From a virus: a stretch of DNA of 64,000 bases. Positions 63,636 through 64,000 of the stretch are shown piece by piece (the stretch's first letter is position 1; every line of letters starts with the position of its first letter). The stretch lies in the IMG/VR virus record IMGVR_UViG_3300044780_000058; one strand, written 5' to 3'. Position numbers and translations under genes: made by a program. The notes beneath the pieces were generated by a model. That model was not told the DNA's origin, searched no databases, and was given only the letters and a program-made list of their open reading frames with translations.

Positions 63636-64000
63636 GAATGCGTGGAACACGTCGATTTCAGGCAGGTGGTGTAGCGGACGGGTTGGGACTGAGCGCGCCA
63701 GCGGCACAGGCACTGGCGGCGCGGCAGGCGGCACTGCCCGCGGCGCCTCCGCCAGCGCCTCCGCCTGCGGCGCCGGTGACCGGCGCTTCGGGCGCCATGA
63801 GTACGCTGCCGGCCGGCGGCGCGGGCCTCTCAGCCTTCACTGCGGGTGCGCCCGGCAATTCACTGGGCGCCGCTCCCGGGCTGAACCCGGACGCGATCGC
63901 GCAGGCGCTGATGATGCGGCGCTCGACGGCTGGCGGTCCGCCGGCCGCGGGCGGCCCCGCGGGCGCGCCCATGTCGGCCTGGCCGGCACTGCGTGGTGCG
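63632..64000 (+). CDS. Ala/Pro/Gly-rich protein, runs off window
   Basis: Hand-translated MRMRGTRRFQAGGVADG...; ATGA overlap; open to the window end. Confidence 0.55.
   Translation, partial: MRMRGTRRFQAGGVADGLGLSAPAAQALAARQAALPAAPPPAPPPAAPVTGASGAMSTLPAGGAGLSAFTAGAPGNSLGAAPGLNPDAIAQALMMRRSTAGGPPAAGGPAGAPMSAWPALRGA

Noticed and set aside
1-64000. CRISPR array, tRNA, rRNA
   Set aside because: No regularly spaced repeat-spacer series or cloverleaf/rRNA signatures seen by eye; tRNAscan and Infernal were not run

Overview
GC-rich tailed-phage DNA, apparently close to one full turn of a circularly permuted genome: the window starts and ends inside what looks like the same run of virion genes. Virion architecture is podovirus/P22-like, with a long portal, a nozzle-type tail protein, three large ejection proteins, a GroES-like chaperonin, scaffold and major capsid protein. 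The morphogenesis genes are scattered over five blocks on alternating strands, and TerS lies about 40 kb from TerL. There are two apparent replication modules: a lambda-O-like initiator with internal repeats, and a PrimPol-helicase/SNF2/VRR-NUC block next to an ori-like region. Accessory content includes two IS200/IS605 elements with intact-looking TnpB, a small serine recombinase, HigBA, DUF29, a truncated C5 methyltransferase, an Hfq-like protein, an Acb2/Tad1-like protein, and two expanded families of tiny paralogues (coiled-coil proteins and basic ARW proteins). A set of near-leaderless promoters shares a CGAGCG box at a fixed spacer position. No integrase, tRNA, CRISPR array, reverse transcriptase or clear endolysin was recognised. 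An Acidobacteriota-like host is a weak inference. All family assignments come from motif recognition by eye; no database searches were run.
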